Source: the human T2T-CHM13v2.0 reference genome, Homo sapiens. Taken from it: DNA of 64,000 bases. The stretch is from assembly GCF_009914755.1 (NCBI RefSeq), contig NC_060934.1; one strand, written 5' to 3'. Under the pieces are notes generated by a model. It was not told the origin of the DNA, made no database searches, and saw only the letters and a program-made list of their open reading frames with translations. Positions 1 through 23,071 of this stretch are shown piece by piece. The number at the start of each line of letters is the position of its first letter. The stretch's first letter is position 1. A program made the position numbers and the translations under genes.

Positions 1-229
1 AAACAAGTGAAATTAATTTTAATACTTTATTTAACTGAATATATCCAAATAGTATCATTTTAAGTAGTAATCAAGAGAAAATATTAATGAGATATTTTAC
101 ATTTTTTAATACTACATTTTCAAAATCGGGGTGTATCTTGTAATTATAATACATCTCAACTCAGACTTGCCACATTTCAAGTGCTCAGTAGCCAAATATG
201 GCTACTGGCTACTGTATTAGACAGCACAG
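1..229. mobile_element. hAT MITE (MER33/MER3-like), partial
   Basis: ccacatttcaagtgctcagtagccaaatatggctactggctactgtattagacagcacag is a typical MER3/MER33 end. Confidence 0.7.
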
Positions 230-1439
230 GTTTTAGGTTATCAGGGCAATACCCAGAATAACTCAAAATGTAACTTAAAATTTTAAAGGTGGTTACTTCT
301 GTGACATGAACTGTGAAGATGGAGAAGATGGAACACATTTATGTTTTATATTTTATGCTCTTCATTATATTAAAAAAATGGTGAGGGGGAAGGGGCATGG
401 GAGGACAACCTGGCACTCACTGAGAATTATTGTCATTTTATAAGCAAATACTGACATGAAGTAGGCCAAGACTTTCATTATTTCAAGTTGAAAGAAATGA
501 TTATTTCACCTTGTTATGTTTTGATTTATTTACCTGCCAAATGAAGGAGATGGTTGGATTAGATCAGTTCTTAAAATGTTTGGAAGTGGAGTGTGGGGAA
601 TGTGGATGGATGAAGTAATTCAAGCTATTGTCCCTAACTACTCCTCTAGAAAATCTAATAGGCCCAATTACTGGGGGCAGGGAGAGCATGGAGAATGAAA
701 GGAGAAAAAATAGCATGTGTAGTTTAAAAACAATACTTAGGTGACTTCCATATGACATTTCCCTTTCAGTTTGCTACCCAAACCTTTTGGTCCCAGCTTA
801 GAAACACCAGACTATAGCTATGTTGTTTTCACTGAGATGTTTCCTATGGTTTTTAAACTTTTATTCAAAGAACTTTCAGTCATTTAATTTAATGCTCATA
901 GTGTGATATAAACACTACCTTTGCCTTTTTATTGATAAGAAAGCCAAGGCTCAGAAGGTTAAATGACTGTTTTTTTATTTTAACTCTAATAATCTTCTAA
1001 TTATGGCAGTTGCCTCTTTTCTTGAATCCACACCCAAAATACTATAATGTGTGTAAAAGTAGAGTATATGTAAAAGTAGAGTATGTGTAAAGGTACACAC
1101 ATACTGTTAAGAATAGTCTCAGTTTAAGCCTCAGAGTGAACATTTAAAAGACTTGTTTAAAGACAATGGCAACTGACTTTGTCAAACTCATTTTGTCAAA
1201 AGACACAAGGGCAACTGAATCAAATATGTCATTTCAAGATCTACAAATTAGAATAATAATTAACATTACAAGGGAGCATACAATTAGTTCAATAAAAGGG
1301 TGCTGTGGGAGTTCTGAGGGTGGAGAAATTAGTACTCAGTTACACTTATTTTCTTGCATAATTATTCAGTTCTTTTCTTTCAGTTGTCACTAGTTCAGGC
1401 CCTTACCTCACTATGCCCACAGTATTACAATAATCAGAT

Positions 1440-3611
<2,172 letters not shown>

Positions 3612-3703
3612 AAATAACTTACTGCAAATATGCACCAGGGCACATATAGGAGAATATTCACTGCAGTATGGTTTGTAATGATTAAAAAAAAAAACTGGCA
3701 TGG

Positions 3704-4007
3704 AGCCAGATGTGGTATCTTACACTTATAATCCCAGCAGTTTGGAAGTCTGAGGTGGGAAGATCACTTGAGGCCAAGAGTTTGAGAGCAACCTGGGCAA
3801 CACAGTGAGACACTTGTCTCTACAAAAAAAAAATTTAATTAGCTTGGTGTGACGGTACACACCTGTAGTCCTAGCTACTCAGGAAGTGAAAGTGGGGGAT
3901 AACTTGAGCCCAGGAGTTCAAGGTTACATGAACTATGAACATGCCACTGCATTCTAGCCTGGGCAACAGAGCAAGACCCTGTCTCTAAAATAAAACAAAA
4001 CAAAAAA
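3704..4007 (+). mobile_element. AluJ
   Basis: Diverged dimeric Alu, TSD aaaaactggcatgg. Confidence 0.9.
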
Positions 4008-4012
4008 CTGGC

Positions 4013-5207
4013 ATGGTAGATTAGATTACTGATCTCAAATATTTACTTCCTTCCCACTGACCTCTATGGAAAAGCCATTGGGCTTTGTTGTGTAACTTGT
4101 TTTAGCCAATGGGATATTAGCAGATGGGACATAAGCATCCTTAAAATGGACTTCTGAGGTTGGCTTTCTTTCTTATATCTTGGCCATCTATAAGAAAAAT
4201 ATATCCTGGATGGGCCAGTGGTCTAAAAAGTTATAAACACATAAAGCAGGCTGACAAATCTGCTGACAAACTTTCAGAGCTATCCTAGCTTAATTAGACA
4301 ACCTCTAGCCTATCTACAGAGCTCAGCTGAGAGCAGCAGAGAGCACTTCATGGGATCTGCAGATGAAAGTGCCTTTGCAAAGATTATGACAGAAAGAGAA
4401 GTCTAGCATGGCTGACTCCATCTTGCTTCTAGTCTCATAGGCTAGCTGTCCTTACTCATTCCCGGGCAAGAGCCCGGGAATTGGAGGAATTTAGACTATA
4501 GTTTAACTTGAAAGCAAGAATGCTAATAGTCCCTCCCTAAAACTCCTTGCTCAGCGACCAAAGCAACCTTTGTAAAACTAGTAAAAGGCCACAAGATTAG
4601 GATTATGGAAGAGGCCTGAATTCCATTAAAATGTAGGCTTAGTTTCTCTAATCCCTTACAACTCAGGTGGCATGTGCCCAGAGGTCACAAGACTTGTGAC
4701 TTCCCCAACTGCTTCTATAAATAGCATCACTATTATAGAATCTAAGATTGATCTTTTGAGATATTTTTCAGACTTTTGCATTCTGGCAACTGAATGACCC
4801 CACCCAGACCCATGACTCATGACTGAACCTGTCCTGTGGCCCAAACATAGAGGCAGCCTCAGTGCATGAGGACTGTTTTCCACACCCCTGTGATTTCATC
4901 CTCAACCAATCTGCAGCACCCATTCCCTAGTCCCCTGCCCACCAAACTATCCATAAAAACCCTAGCTTCTCAGTCCTTAGGGAGGCTGACTTTATGAATA
5001 ATAAACTCCTGTCCTTCTACTTGGCTGGCCTTGCATTAATTAAACTCTCTTTACTGCAATACAGCTGTATCAGTTAATCAGCTCTATCTGTGCAGTGGGC
5101 AACAAGAACTTGTCAGGCAATTACAGAGAAGCATGAGCTAAATAAATGTTTGTTATGCCACTGACATTTTCTGGTTGGTTGTTACATAGCAATAACTGAC
5201 TAATAAA
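4013..5207 (+). mobile_element. MLT1 (MaLR) LTR split by LTR8B
   Basis: ttagccaatgggatattagcagatg and the 3' end aataaatgtttgttatgccactga...ttacatagcaataactgactaata. Confidence 0.65.
4364..5125 (+). mobile_element. LTR8B-like solo LTR (ERV1)
   Basis: Starts TGAAAGTGCCTTTGCAAAGATTATGACAG...gctgactccatcttgcttcta and ends ...ggcaattaCA; near 4-bp TSD caga/gaga. Confidence 0.8.
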
Positions 5208-5509
5208 TCATATACTGGCATATTTGTATAAATGTATACAAATAATATCCACAACTTATAGCAGTGAAAATAAAAGAATGGCTACCTGTTCTTTACATAA
5301 AAGTAAGGGAAACTTATAAAACTTATACAAAAGTAAGGGAAATGTAGTAATCATGCTGCAGTAATAAATATAATCATCCCCTAGGGAAAGACAATGAATA
5401 TACATGATGTTATAGTCTTCAACAAAAATGATAAACACCAAATTAATAACAGTGGTTATCTCTAATAAGAATGGGAGTGAAATGGGATTGCAGATAACTC
5501 TTTTTATGG

Positions 5510-5655
5510 ACACTGAAATTTTAATTTCATGTCACTTTCAAGTTTCACAAAGCTGCTTCTTGTGATTTTTTTTCACCCATTTAAAAAATGTAAAAACCAT
5601 TCTCTGCTCATGGGCCATACAGAAATAGGCAGTTGGCTGTAGATGGCCAATCCCT
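5510..5655. mobile_element. MER58-type hAT MITE fragment
   Basis: aaaaatgtaaaaaccattct...gggccatacagaaataggc...ccaatccctg. Confidence 0.6.
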
Positions 5656-5699
5656 GCTCTGTACTAAGCAGCACTACAGAGGATTAAAAACAAAAGGAG

Positions 5700-6540
5700 T
5701 GAGCAGGATATTATCTTGACTCTTTCACAGGACTCATGACAGGGGTGCCTTGTTTGCTTAGCCTGCCCCTGTCTACCTGTTGCGGGAGGGAGTGTGCAAG
5801 CAAACAAGTGCAGGAACCAGAGCAAGCAAGTGCAGGAACCAGCCAACTGCTTTTGGGTGCCAGCAGGAGCAAACGCCGTACGGGCCACGCAGCAGCATCT
5901 GGATGGGGGTGCCTGCAATTCCTGAAGCCCCAGAGGGTGGTTACAGTGCTCCTTTAGCTCTGCCATCCACAGATGGCTTAAGTGTTAACAGCTCAGCGGG
6001 CCCTCTGCCTCATTATGTGGGACAGCTGCCCTCCGCCAGCAAGGGCAAAGGGCCAGTGTGACAGCCTTTTTTCGGTATCTGCATTTGTTGGCTCCCAAGC
6101 TCCTGTCTGGTGTCCAGGAAAATTGAGGTCGCACGAAAAAATTGAAAGATGGTGAATGCAGAGGATTTTACTGAACAATGAAAGTGGCTCTCAGCAGGAA
6201 GGGGAGCTGGAAAAGGGATGGGATGGGCAGGTAATCTTCCTCTCAAGTCCAGCTGTCTCTGGCTGGACTCTTCACCAAAAAGTCAAGCCATCAAGCTCTC
6301 GCTTGAAGTCAAGTCACTTCTCTCCAATGTTCAGCTGCTTCTCTGACTGAGTCTGGGGTCTTTATAGGCACAGGACGGGGGTGGGCCATGGGTAGTTTAG
6401 GAAAGGCAACATTTGAGCAGGCCACTGGAATAGAAGTTCTCACTTTGGGCTGCAGGTTTCAGGCTTTTTGGCTTGAAGGTGGGGTTTTGTCAGGGACCTG
6501 CCCTGTCTGCCTAGAATTTTTCTGCCTCTTGTTGCTATCA
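5700..6540 (-). mobile_element. MER52/LTR27-group solo LTR (ERV1)
   Basis: Minus strand begins TGATAGCAACAAGAGGCAGAAAAATTCTAGGCAGACAGGG and ends ...atcctgctCA; internal GCAAGTGCAGGAACC repeats. Confidence 0.75.
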
Positions 6541-6884
6541 GTAGAACACGAGGACCTTTACTGAAGGAACTTATCTTGTTTGGAAAAAAACATTAGTGCA
6601 AAAATGTTTTTAAAATACATTCCATGTATATAACCATGTGAAAAATTATTAACCAAATTAAAAGTGCTCTAAGGGGCCAGGCATGGCTCACACCTATAAT
6701 AGGCTATAGGGCCTATAGGCTCACACCTATAATCCTGGCACTTTGGGAGGCCCAGAAAGAGGATCACGTGAGCCCAGGAGTTCCAGATCAGCCTGGGCAA
6801 CATAGCGAGACCCCATCTCAATCAATCAATCAATCCATCAATCAATAAAGTACTGTATGTAAGATTATTATTAAGGATACTTAG

Positions 6885-7172
6885 GGACGAACGTGGTGGC
6901 TCACGCCTGTAATCCCAGTCCTTTGGGAGGCTGAGGTGGGCAGATCACGAGGTCAGGAGATCGAGACCATCCTGGCTAACACAGTGAAACCCCATCTCTA
7001 CCAAAAATACAAAAAATTGGCTGGGCATGGTGGCAGGCGCCTGTAGTCCCAGCTGGAGGCTGAGGCAAGAGAATGGCATGAACCCGGGAGGCAGAGCTTG
7101 CAGTGAGCTGAGATCGCACCAGTGCACTCCAGCCTGGGTGACATAGCGAGACCCTGTCTCAAAAAAAAAAAA
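6885..7172 (+). mobile_element. AluY (preceded by a monomeric Alu 6675-6850 with (TCAA)n tail)
   Basis: AluY diagnostics (gagatcgagaccatcctggctaac, gagcttgcagtg); TSD aaggatacttag. Confidence 0.92.
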
Positions 7173-7184
7173 GGATACTTAGGG

Positions 7185-7683
7185 TAAGGGAGGAGACCAC
7201 TCTTCATATTGTCTTATGCTGACCACCCCTCATATTGTCTTATGCCTAATTTCTGCCTCCAAAGAAAGAAGAAGTAAAAACTAAAAGGCAGAAATGAAAT
7301 CCACAGGCAGACAGCTCGGCGCTGTGCCCTGGGCCTGGTAGTTAAAGATCAACCCCTGACCTAAACGGTTATGTTATCTATAGATTCCAGGCATTGTATG
7401 GAAAAGCACTGTGAAAATCCCTGTCCTGTTCTGTTCTGTTCTGTTCTGTTCTGATTACCGGTGCATGCAGCCCCCAGTCACGTACCCGCTGCTTGCTCAA
7501 TTGATCATGACCCTCTCACACAGACCCCCTTAGAGTTGTAAGCCCTTAAAAGGGACAGGAATTGCTCACTCAGGGAGCTCGGTTTTTGGAGACGTGAGTC
7601 TTGCCGAAGCTCCCGGCCGAATAAAGCTCTTCCTTCTTTAACCCGGTGTCTGAGGGGTTTTGTCTGCGGCCTGTCCTGCTACA
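7185..7683 (+). mobile_element. LTR2 (HERV-E/Harlequin) solo LTR, well preserved
   Basis: TAAGGGAGGAGACCAC...aataaagc...tgtcctgctACA with a perfect 4-bp TSD aggg (7181-84 / 7684-87). Confidence 0.92.
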
Positions 7684-8577
7684 AGGGGTCATCCTAGAGA
7701 TAATATGGAGTCCAGGAGAAGTAAATCACAATATGATCTGTGTTTCCCTCTTTTACACCCTTTTCATCTCCAATGAAGATGAAATCACATCAAGATAATA
7801 AGGTCAGCCAGTTGGATATGGTGGAAAGAAAATAGAGATCCTCTTTGCAATAGGCTATGCTTTGCTCTAAAGAAAGCTCATGTTTTTCTATATAGAACTT
7901 TAAAAATTCTCCCCATGCCACTGTTTCCTCAAATAATTGGCCAGCTATGCAGAGCTGGTTACTGCAATAGCAAGCACCACTCAAAGCCCAGAGCCTGAAG
8001 CAACTATCTATCTCATTATACCTAAGGAGGGCAATGACATTCAGACTTCATAGAGAGGGAGATGGGACATATTCAAATCGTACAGAATATTTTTTTCCTT
8101 TTAATGTCTGTCCTACTCAAGTATGATTACTCCAAACTTTCTTGACATTTGGTACAGAAGAATTCTTATTCATCTTGCACTCTAAAGTTCATCTGCTCCC
8201 CTATTCATTTTAAAACTGCTTAATTTTAGGGCTTCATGTAGTCTGTGCTTCATGATTATTTTTGAACTGTTCTAAAAGTAAAACTCACAAATTTAGATCT
8301 GTTGGGTATCCTGGGATACAGTATGTGTGAAAAATACAACAAAATAAAGTTGAAATATGAGCTACTGGCTAGAGTCCAGCCATTTCTGATAGAAATTCAA
8401 ACTACAAAAAATCTACAGCCTCATTTTTTTCCTTATCTCAACCCATATAGGAATAATATATCTTTTACTTCTGCTGCATCAACATTTCTGGAAATTCCTG
8501 TTCATGAGCAAATGAAAACGAAGCCAAATTTCCCACTGAATCTCATTTCAATATATCAGACTTTCCTCATGATTACT

Positions 8578-9420
8578 GTTGATGAAAAAAACAAACTCCA
8601 TAAAATATTTGAAGAGATTATTCTGAGCCAAATGTGAGGACCATAACCAGTGACACGGCCTCAGGAGGTCCAGAGAATATATACCAAAGGTGGTTTGGTT
8701 ACAACTTGGTTTTACGTATTTTAGGAAGATATAAGACATCAGTTAACACATGTAAGGTATACACTGGTTTGGTCCAGAAAGGCAGGACAATCTGAAGCAG
8801 GGAAAGGGCTTACAGGCAGATTCAAAGATTTTCTGACTAGCAATTGGTTGAAAGAGTTAAATTATTATGTAAGATCTGGAGTCAACAGAAAGGAGTGGGT
8901 TAAGATAGGGGTTGGGGAGAACCAAGGTTCTTATTATGTAAATAAAGTCTCATAGGTGGCTGCCCTTAGGGACAAAAGATGGCAAATAATTTCCTACTCA
9001 AGCCTCTAAAAGGTGTTAGACTCTCAGCTATCTCCTCAGGATCAGACAAAGACCAGAAAAAGGGAAGGCGATTCTCTACAGAATGTAAATTTCCCCCAGA
9101 AGAGACAGGTTTGCAGGGCCATTTCAAAATGTGTCAAAGAAACATATTTTGCAGTAAAATACTTTGATTTCTTTCAGGGCCTGCTCTCTGTCATGTGATG
9201 CTATACTAGTCAGGCTGGAATGTGGTATCTTCTTGCTACAAACAGTCTGTTTTGTCAATCTTAAATATCTGTTTTAATGTTAGTGCTAGTTAGTTAAGCC
9301 TGAGTTCCAACAAAGAGTATAATGAGGCATGTCCAAACCCCCTTCCCAACATGGCCTGAACCAGTTTCTCATGTATCTTTGGAATCCCTTTGGCTAAGGG
9401 GAGGGGTCCATTCAATCACC
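8578..9420 (-). mobile_element. MER4-family LTR, truncated
   Basis: aaaatatttgaagagattattctgagccaaatgtgag...gcctcaggaggtcc and ggaggggtccattca match MER4 LTR ends. Confidence 0.75.
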
Positions 9421-9499
9421 TGCCTAGGCCTCCCAGAGTGCTGGTGCACTTTTCTTGTCTTAACTGAACTTCACTTATACCATTTTTTCCTTTGTCTGA

Positions 9500-9946
9500 G
9501 CAAATGATGACAGAGTGACATCAATGACTAAAGTTTCGGTCAATCTCTCCATTGAGATGACCAAAAGAGGGGAATTGTTAAATTAAGTTTAGACTAAAGC
9601 TGCCTCCTTATATATTTTAAGTTCAGCCTAAAGCTTCCTCTGTACATAGTGAACTGTAACCTAACTGCGTATGTGTAACATACTCTTGTGCCAATCATCA
9701 AGTTGTAGCCAATTATTCAAACGATGTTCAAATAAGGGACACTCCAAGCTGTAACAAATCTGGCCGCTTCTGTATCTTACTTCCATTTTCTGTCCATCAC
9801 TTACCTTTTTCTGTCCATAAATCTTCCACCATGTGGCTACACTGGAGCCTCTCTGAACCTATTCTGATTTGGGGACTGCCTAATTTGCCAATTACTCTTT
9901 GCTCAATTAAACTCAGTTAAATTTATCTAAAGTTTTTCTCTTAACG
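9500..9946 (+). mobile_element. MER57-type 3' LTR (9576-9946) with polypurine tract and short internal remnant
   Basis: PPT aaaagaggggaat immediately before TGTTAAATTAAGTTTAG...; ends gctcaattaaactc...ttaac. Confidence 0.7.
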
Positions 9947-10027
9947 CAAACAAGATTTTATCTACATGCAAGCTTTCTTTACTTTCTTCCTTCAATATCA
10001 CAAAACAAGGTGCTGAAGCTAATTTAA

Positions 10028-10655
<628 letters not shown>

Positions 10656-11115
10656 ATGCTCTAAATTAAAAGCTCAATGCAATTAATGAGAAGTTTTATA
10701 TACCTTTCATTTCTTTCTAATTATAAAAGATTATTTAAGAGGGCAGGACTTTTTGTCCATTTTATTAATTACTGTATTTCTTGCATCTAGAATGTTCTCT
10801 AACTCATCACTATCAATCAATACATGTTGAATGAATATATACACATATGTATATATATATATATATATATAAAGTCTATTAGAAAATAAAGAAACGTACA
10901 AAGAAGAATAAAATGATTTCTGATAATTTCAACATTCACAGAGTTAATACTTTGGTATATTCATTTTTAAGTCACTTTCTATGTATTTTATATATGGGTG
11001 AAGCACAAAGGATAGAGAAACATGTTAAACAACACCTTATGGATGCAATCAGTAAAATCCAGAATGTGGGAAATTCTACAATACAAATGACCTACATTCT
11101 TCCACAAATAAATGG

Positions 11116-11580
11116 TGTCTAGTTTGGTTTCCTTAAAAGCAAGGTACCAGTGTGGAAGGACTAAGAAAAGTGAAACAGGTCAGCAGAAAAAGCCAATTCA
11201 AGGGTATGTTATTAAGTTGACTACCACTCTAGACAACCAGAGCTCAACTCCCCTTAGCCCATCTGAGAAACCATGTAGTCTGTATATCAGAATTGATCAT
11301 CCAAGACAATGGAGAAGAGGGTATCCACCAATTCTCAGCAGTAAGTGTTAATGCCTTTATATCTCCAAATGTGTGCATGTGCCAACATGGTTGAGTATGT
11401 TCCTACAGGTGTCCCATGCTATAGCAGCAGAGATGCTCTATAGGAGAAAGCAACAGATACACAACATAGCTGAGGTTTCATCCTGTCAGGCTGCAACACT
11501 GTACAACTAACTGCTGCAGCAGCAACCTGAGCAAAAAGGTGGGCTGAGAAATGTGAGACAAGGCATAAAATATGTCTCAC
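11116..11580. mobile_element. LTR16-like ERVL LTR inside old L1 3' sequence
   Basis: aagtgaaacagg...aagccaattcaagggtatgttattaag...gagctcaactcc. Confidence 0.5.
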
Positions 11581-12029
11581 ATAAATGGCAATAAAAAAAA
11601 TGAAAGCGAAAAAAACAGTAAAGACTGAAGAGACATATCAATCAAATGCAGTGTAGAGGTTGATTTAAACAAACCAACTGTAACAGTTATTTTTTAGATA
11701 GGAAAATTTGAACAGTGCCTGGATATTTGCTATTAAGGAATAACTGCTGTTTTTAATTGCAATATTTAAAAAGTATTATTGTTTTTAAAGTTCTTATATT
11801 TTAGAGACACATGCAAAAGTATTTACAGGTTGCACTACATGTCTTGAATTGGCTTTAAAACAATCTGGGGTGAGGAAAGGAAGTAAGAGAGGTTATAGAT
11901 GAAACAAGATTGGCCATGTGTTATAATTGTTGAAGCTAAGTGATGTAAACATATGGGTTGATTATATTTTCTACTTTTCATGTTTGAAAATTTCCACAAC
12001 CAAAAATTGTATTTCTATCTCTCTCTCTC

Positions 12030-13272
<1,243 letters not shown>

Positions 13273-13310
13273 AGAATTAGTTTCTTTATATCCTACTCCT
13301 ATACCATATA

Positions 13311-13970
13311 CAGTCATGTGCTGCTTAATGACGTTTTGGTCAACAAAGGACTGAATATACAGTGGCGGTCCCATAAGATTATAATTGAGCTAAAAATTCC
13401 TATTGCCTAGTGACTTTGTACCAATAATAACATCATAGTACAACTATTTTATTTTTAAAATAAATTTAGTGTAGTCTAAGTATACAACGTTTATAAAATC
13501 TACAGGTGCACTATTTTCCATCTTTTATACCATATTTTTACTATATCTTTTCTATGTTTAGATATGTTTGGATATACAATTACTTACCATTGTCTTACAA
13601 TTGCCTACTGTATTCAGTACAGTAACATGCCATACAGGTTTATAGTCTAGGAACAATAGGCTATACTATATAGTCTAGATGTGTAGTAGGTTATACCATC
13701 TAGATTTGCATTAAGTACTCCATGATGTTTGCACAATAATGAAATCACCTAAGGACACATTACTCAGAACATAACCTCATCATTAAGTGGCCCGTGACGG
13801 TACAATCAATTCTTGTTATTTGTGGTTATGTTCTATACAGTCACTGTGGACAATGAATTAGTGAATATCAACCTATTGCTCTTGGGGAAATTCAGGGTTA
13901 AGCTCCTTTGAGACTATGGTCACAACATTTTCATAACCAATCAATATATAACTTTGTTTTATGTGTGTGA
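13311..13970. mobile_element. Tigger3/MER7 element (13311-13800) abutting a second Tigger-family fragment
   Basis: TA-flanked TIRs cagtcatgtgctgcttaatgacg ... catcattaagtggcccgtgacgg. Confidence 0.75.
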
Positions 13971-14490
13971 AAGTTAGAATATTGATTAGATCATTCTTCT
14001 TTTTAAACATAGGTGTTTATAACTATAAATTTCCCTCTGAGCACTGCTTTTGTGGTACTGCATAAGTTTTGGGAGGTTCTGTATTCCTTTTCATTCAACT
14101 GAAAGCATTTTCTAATTTCCTTTGTGATTATATATTTGATCCCACTTTAAAAGTGTGTTAATTTCATACTTTATAAGTTTTCTAGTTTTCCTCACTAAAG
14201 AGTGACTTGATAGCAGTTATATGTGTAATGTATTGCCTTCGAGAACATTCTAATTACAGGTAGTGAATCTCAACCAGAGGGGGACAATCTCCTCAACCTC
14301 TTACCCTGGTTGCAGATTGCCACATTAGACTGCAGGCTTCTCTTTTGTACTCCTAAAGCCTAGCACAATGCCTGATATTCAATAGACACACTGTTCATAT
14401 CATCATTACAAGGACCTGTAAGATTTCAGTACTATGTAGAAAGAGACAAAGTAGCCTATAACAAAATAAATATCACAGTCTTATATTTCA

Positions 14491-14667
<177 letters not shown>

Positions 14668-15119
14668 CTAAAGTTAGAAATTTAGAAAGTGTTACTATAT
14701 TAAGCAATGCTCATATGCTCATATATTCTTATCATCACTGCTCATCAATTCTCATATATTTTCCATCCTATTTTGGGAAGAAATTCTATCATTTTTTTCT
14801 ATACTTAGTTTTTTAATATTACAAATGAATACCAAAAATTGTTAATATTCTTGGAATTTTTTATTTCTTGCAATATACCATTCATATTCCAGTTGAGGCA
14901 ATGCTCATGTAACTTTTGTTTAAAACTTTTTTTGAAGAATTTTCTAATGTTTTAAATCACTGAAGGCTAGCAAAATTTTTAAATGTCATAAGAAATTTCA
15001 GAAGATTTCAGTAATAGGGTACAATGCCATATATATGCCAACCTATAGCTTCTTAAATACCAAGTCTTTTTTTCTATTTTTTACAATCCTTCCCAGAAGA
15101 ATTTTTTTAACATTCTCTT

Positions 15120-20412
<5,293 letters not shown>

Positions 20413-22114
20413 TCTCTATGGCCTTGATTCTTGGCCTTTCTTTTAAAACAAGCATATTAGTTAGGGTAGGTTAAAATGCTATTACAAATACACCTCAAAA
20501 TACACTATCTCCAATAAAATGAAATTGTCTTTCTCACTAAGATACAACCCACAGTGCACCTTCCTAGTTGACAGGAATTGATAAGTTCCTTCATGTACTC
20601 AAGTTCAAGGCAGCCAACATATATGGCTTCCAAGGTCAGTTCAGTTCATCACCATTCCAGCTCTCAGGAAAAGGGGAAAGCGCATTGAAAAACCCTGTGG
20701 GGGCTTTAGGAGCCAGGCCTAGACATGGTTCAAATTACTCCCATTCACTGGACAACTAGCAATCTCCACCACAGTGGATACAGTGAAAAATCAAGGCTCA
20801 AGATCACATTTAGAAATCTTAAGATCACTGAAATGACACAATAACTGACCAAGGTTAAACCATGAACAAAGTCTTGTGACCAGAAGACATAATGTTAAAA
20901 GAATGCAGTATAAGGAGCAAGAGTTTTTACGTCAGACAGACTTAAATTTTATTCCTGCCTCTATGAGTAACTAGTTGTATGATTTTAGGCAAGCTACTAA
21001 ACTCCTTCACACAATAAACTATATATGTATATAAGTGAATGTCTACATACACACTCACACAAATATATATATACATACATATATAGATGCATGCATATAA
21101 ATATATACTATGGCACACAGAAAATGCTCAATAGTTTCCTTCCATTTTTCTATTCATTCTGTTGTTTGTAAATAAGTAAACTGAGTCGAGTGTCCAGCAG
21201 CAGACTACTTTCTTTCGCATCTTGTTTGGCATATATAGCACATTTTACATCTTTTAATATTCGTGTTTTCCTATCAATCAGTTTAAAATTACAACAAATT
21301 GAACTAAATAATTTGGCTTTTTAAAATGAAGATGCTACTAAACATAGTCTCAATCAAACAAATAGCTCAGAAACAACAATGCAGGCAAAGCTATCAGAAA
21401 TATAAAAATAACAAACCAGATCTTTACTGAGCAAGAGTCTAAAAAGCAGCAACGCTTTCTGTAAACGGATCTCACAATTCAAAGAGCAATTTTATATCTG
21501 AAAAGTACAGAAACGACAGTGGGATTTCAATAAACTTAGAATTTTCTGGTTTTTGAGCCTGTGCTCTAAAAATACAGAAATCATTGATAAACCTAAAGCT
21601 GAGAAAAATTTAAAAGGCATAACCAGTTCAAAAAACAAAACACCATCTCTGTGGATCAGAGACTGCATAGAAACATACTGTGGTAGGAAGAAATGAAGTT
21701 GTAGGCTTCTGGGCTTCAGTCTGAAAACAGGCAAAGCAATTAGGGGCTCATAGTATATGGGATATGAACGGCAGTAAGTGTGCAGAAAAGGAGGCATGAA
21801 CCAGAGCTAAATTCATTGAATAAAACCAGAAGAAGCTACGGCAGGGCTTCTCTTGACCATGAAAGGAGGGTAAAGTTTTAGTAAGCTGCTACCTAGAGAA
21901 AATGCTCATTTAGAGCATTTTCCGCAGCTTTGCCCCAGAACCTTTGCCAAACTGTTGTTGGGTTCAGTGACTGGATCTTCAATACAATGAAGCACAGAGC
22001 TATGAATATAAGGCCTACTTCTGAACAAAAAAACCTAGCAAGTGAGAGAAAGCAGCCACTCAAGCACTAAATAGGAAAAAGTAAGCAAAACAAACAAATT
22101 AAAACAAAAAGGGG

Positions 22115-23040
22115 CAGCAGCAGGAAGATCTCTTGAAGCCAGGAGTTTGAGACTAGCCTGGGCAAAACCACATTCTATAAAAAATCTTTTAAAAAATTAG
22201 CTGGTTATGGAGATGCATGCCTGTAGTCCTGGCTAATAGGGCTGAGGCAGGAGAACTACCTGAGCCCAGAAGTTCGAGACTGCGGTGAGCTTTCATCATG
22301 CCATTGCATTCCAGCCTGGGTGACAGAGCAAGACTCTGACTCTACAAATTTTATTTTTTCAAATGAGCTGGGCATGGTGGCACACACCTGTAGTCCTCTC
22401 TATTCCAGAGGCTGAGACAGCAGAATTGCTTAAATCTGTGAGTGCAAGGCTGCAGTGAGCTATGATTGCACCACTGCACTCCAGCCTATGTGACAGAGCA
22501 AGACTCTCTCTCCAAAAAAGAGAAAAACCCATAAAAAACAAAAAAGCAAATTTAGGATACCAGTTTACCTCTGAAGAAGATGGAAGATGGGGGAGGAAAG
22601 GGACTGAAGGGGAGTATAAAAGCAATGTATTTTTAATACTCATTTCTTTTTTAAAAAACAATCTGAAGTAAATGCAATATTAAAACTTGACAAAACTGAG
22701 TGTTGGGTGTTTATAAAATTATAAAATTTATATAATTTTATAAACTACAGACTATATAATTTTATAAAATATAAAAACATATTACTCTATTTTTTCTCTG
22801 AATATTTGAAATATTACATAAAAATTAAGAGAACATAAAAAAACAAAAATATAAATGAAAAATGAGAGGGCCGGGCACAGTGGCTCATGCCTGTAATCCT
22901 AGCACTTTGGGAGGCCAAGGTGGGAGGATTGCTTGAGCTCACAAGTTTGAAACCATCCTGGGCAAATATTGAGACCTCTACAATGAATAAACTTTTTTTT
23001 AAATAAAATTTTTAAAAAGAAAAAAGTTAAAGGAAAAAGA
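22115..23040 (+). mobile_element. Old Alu fragments (AluJ pieces and a monomer)
   Basis: Partial Alu arms with A tails. Confidence 0.8.
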
Positions 23041-23071
23041 AAAGTGAGAATGTGAAGGACAACATGTAGAG

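Noticed and set aside
1048-1095. Short tandem duplication (gtaaaagtagagtat); others at 5299-5343 and 27320-27364
   Set aside because: Ordinary slippage duplications, not arrays; there is no CRISPR-like repeat-spacer structure anywhere in the window.
7790-7984. 64-aa minus-strand ORF in apparently unique sequence, as a possible extra MICU1 exon
   Set aside because: No similarity to MICU1 or any protein I recognise, and no convincing splice sites.
21898-21922. 10-bp stem hairpin gaaaatgctc-attta-gagcattttc
   Set aside because: Too short to distinguish from chance in 64 kb.
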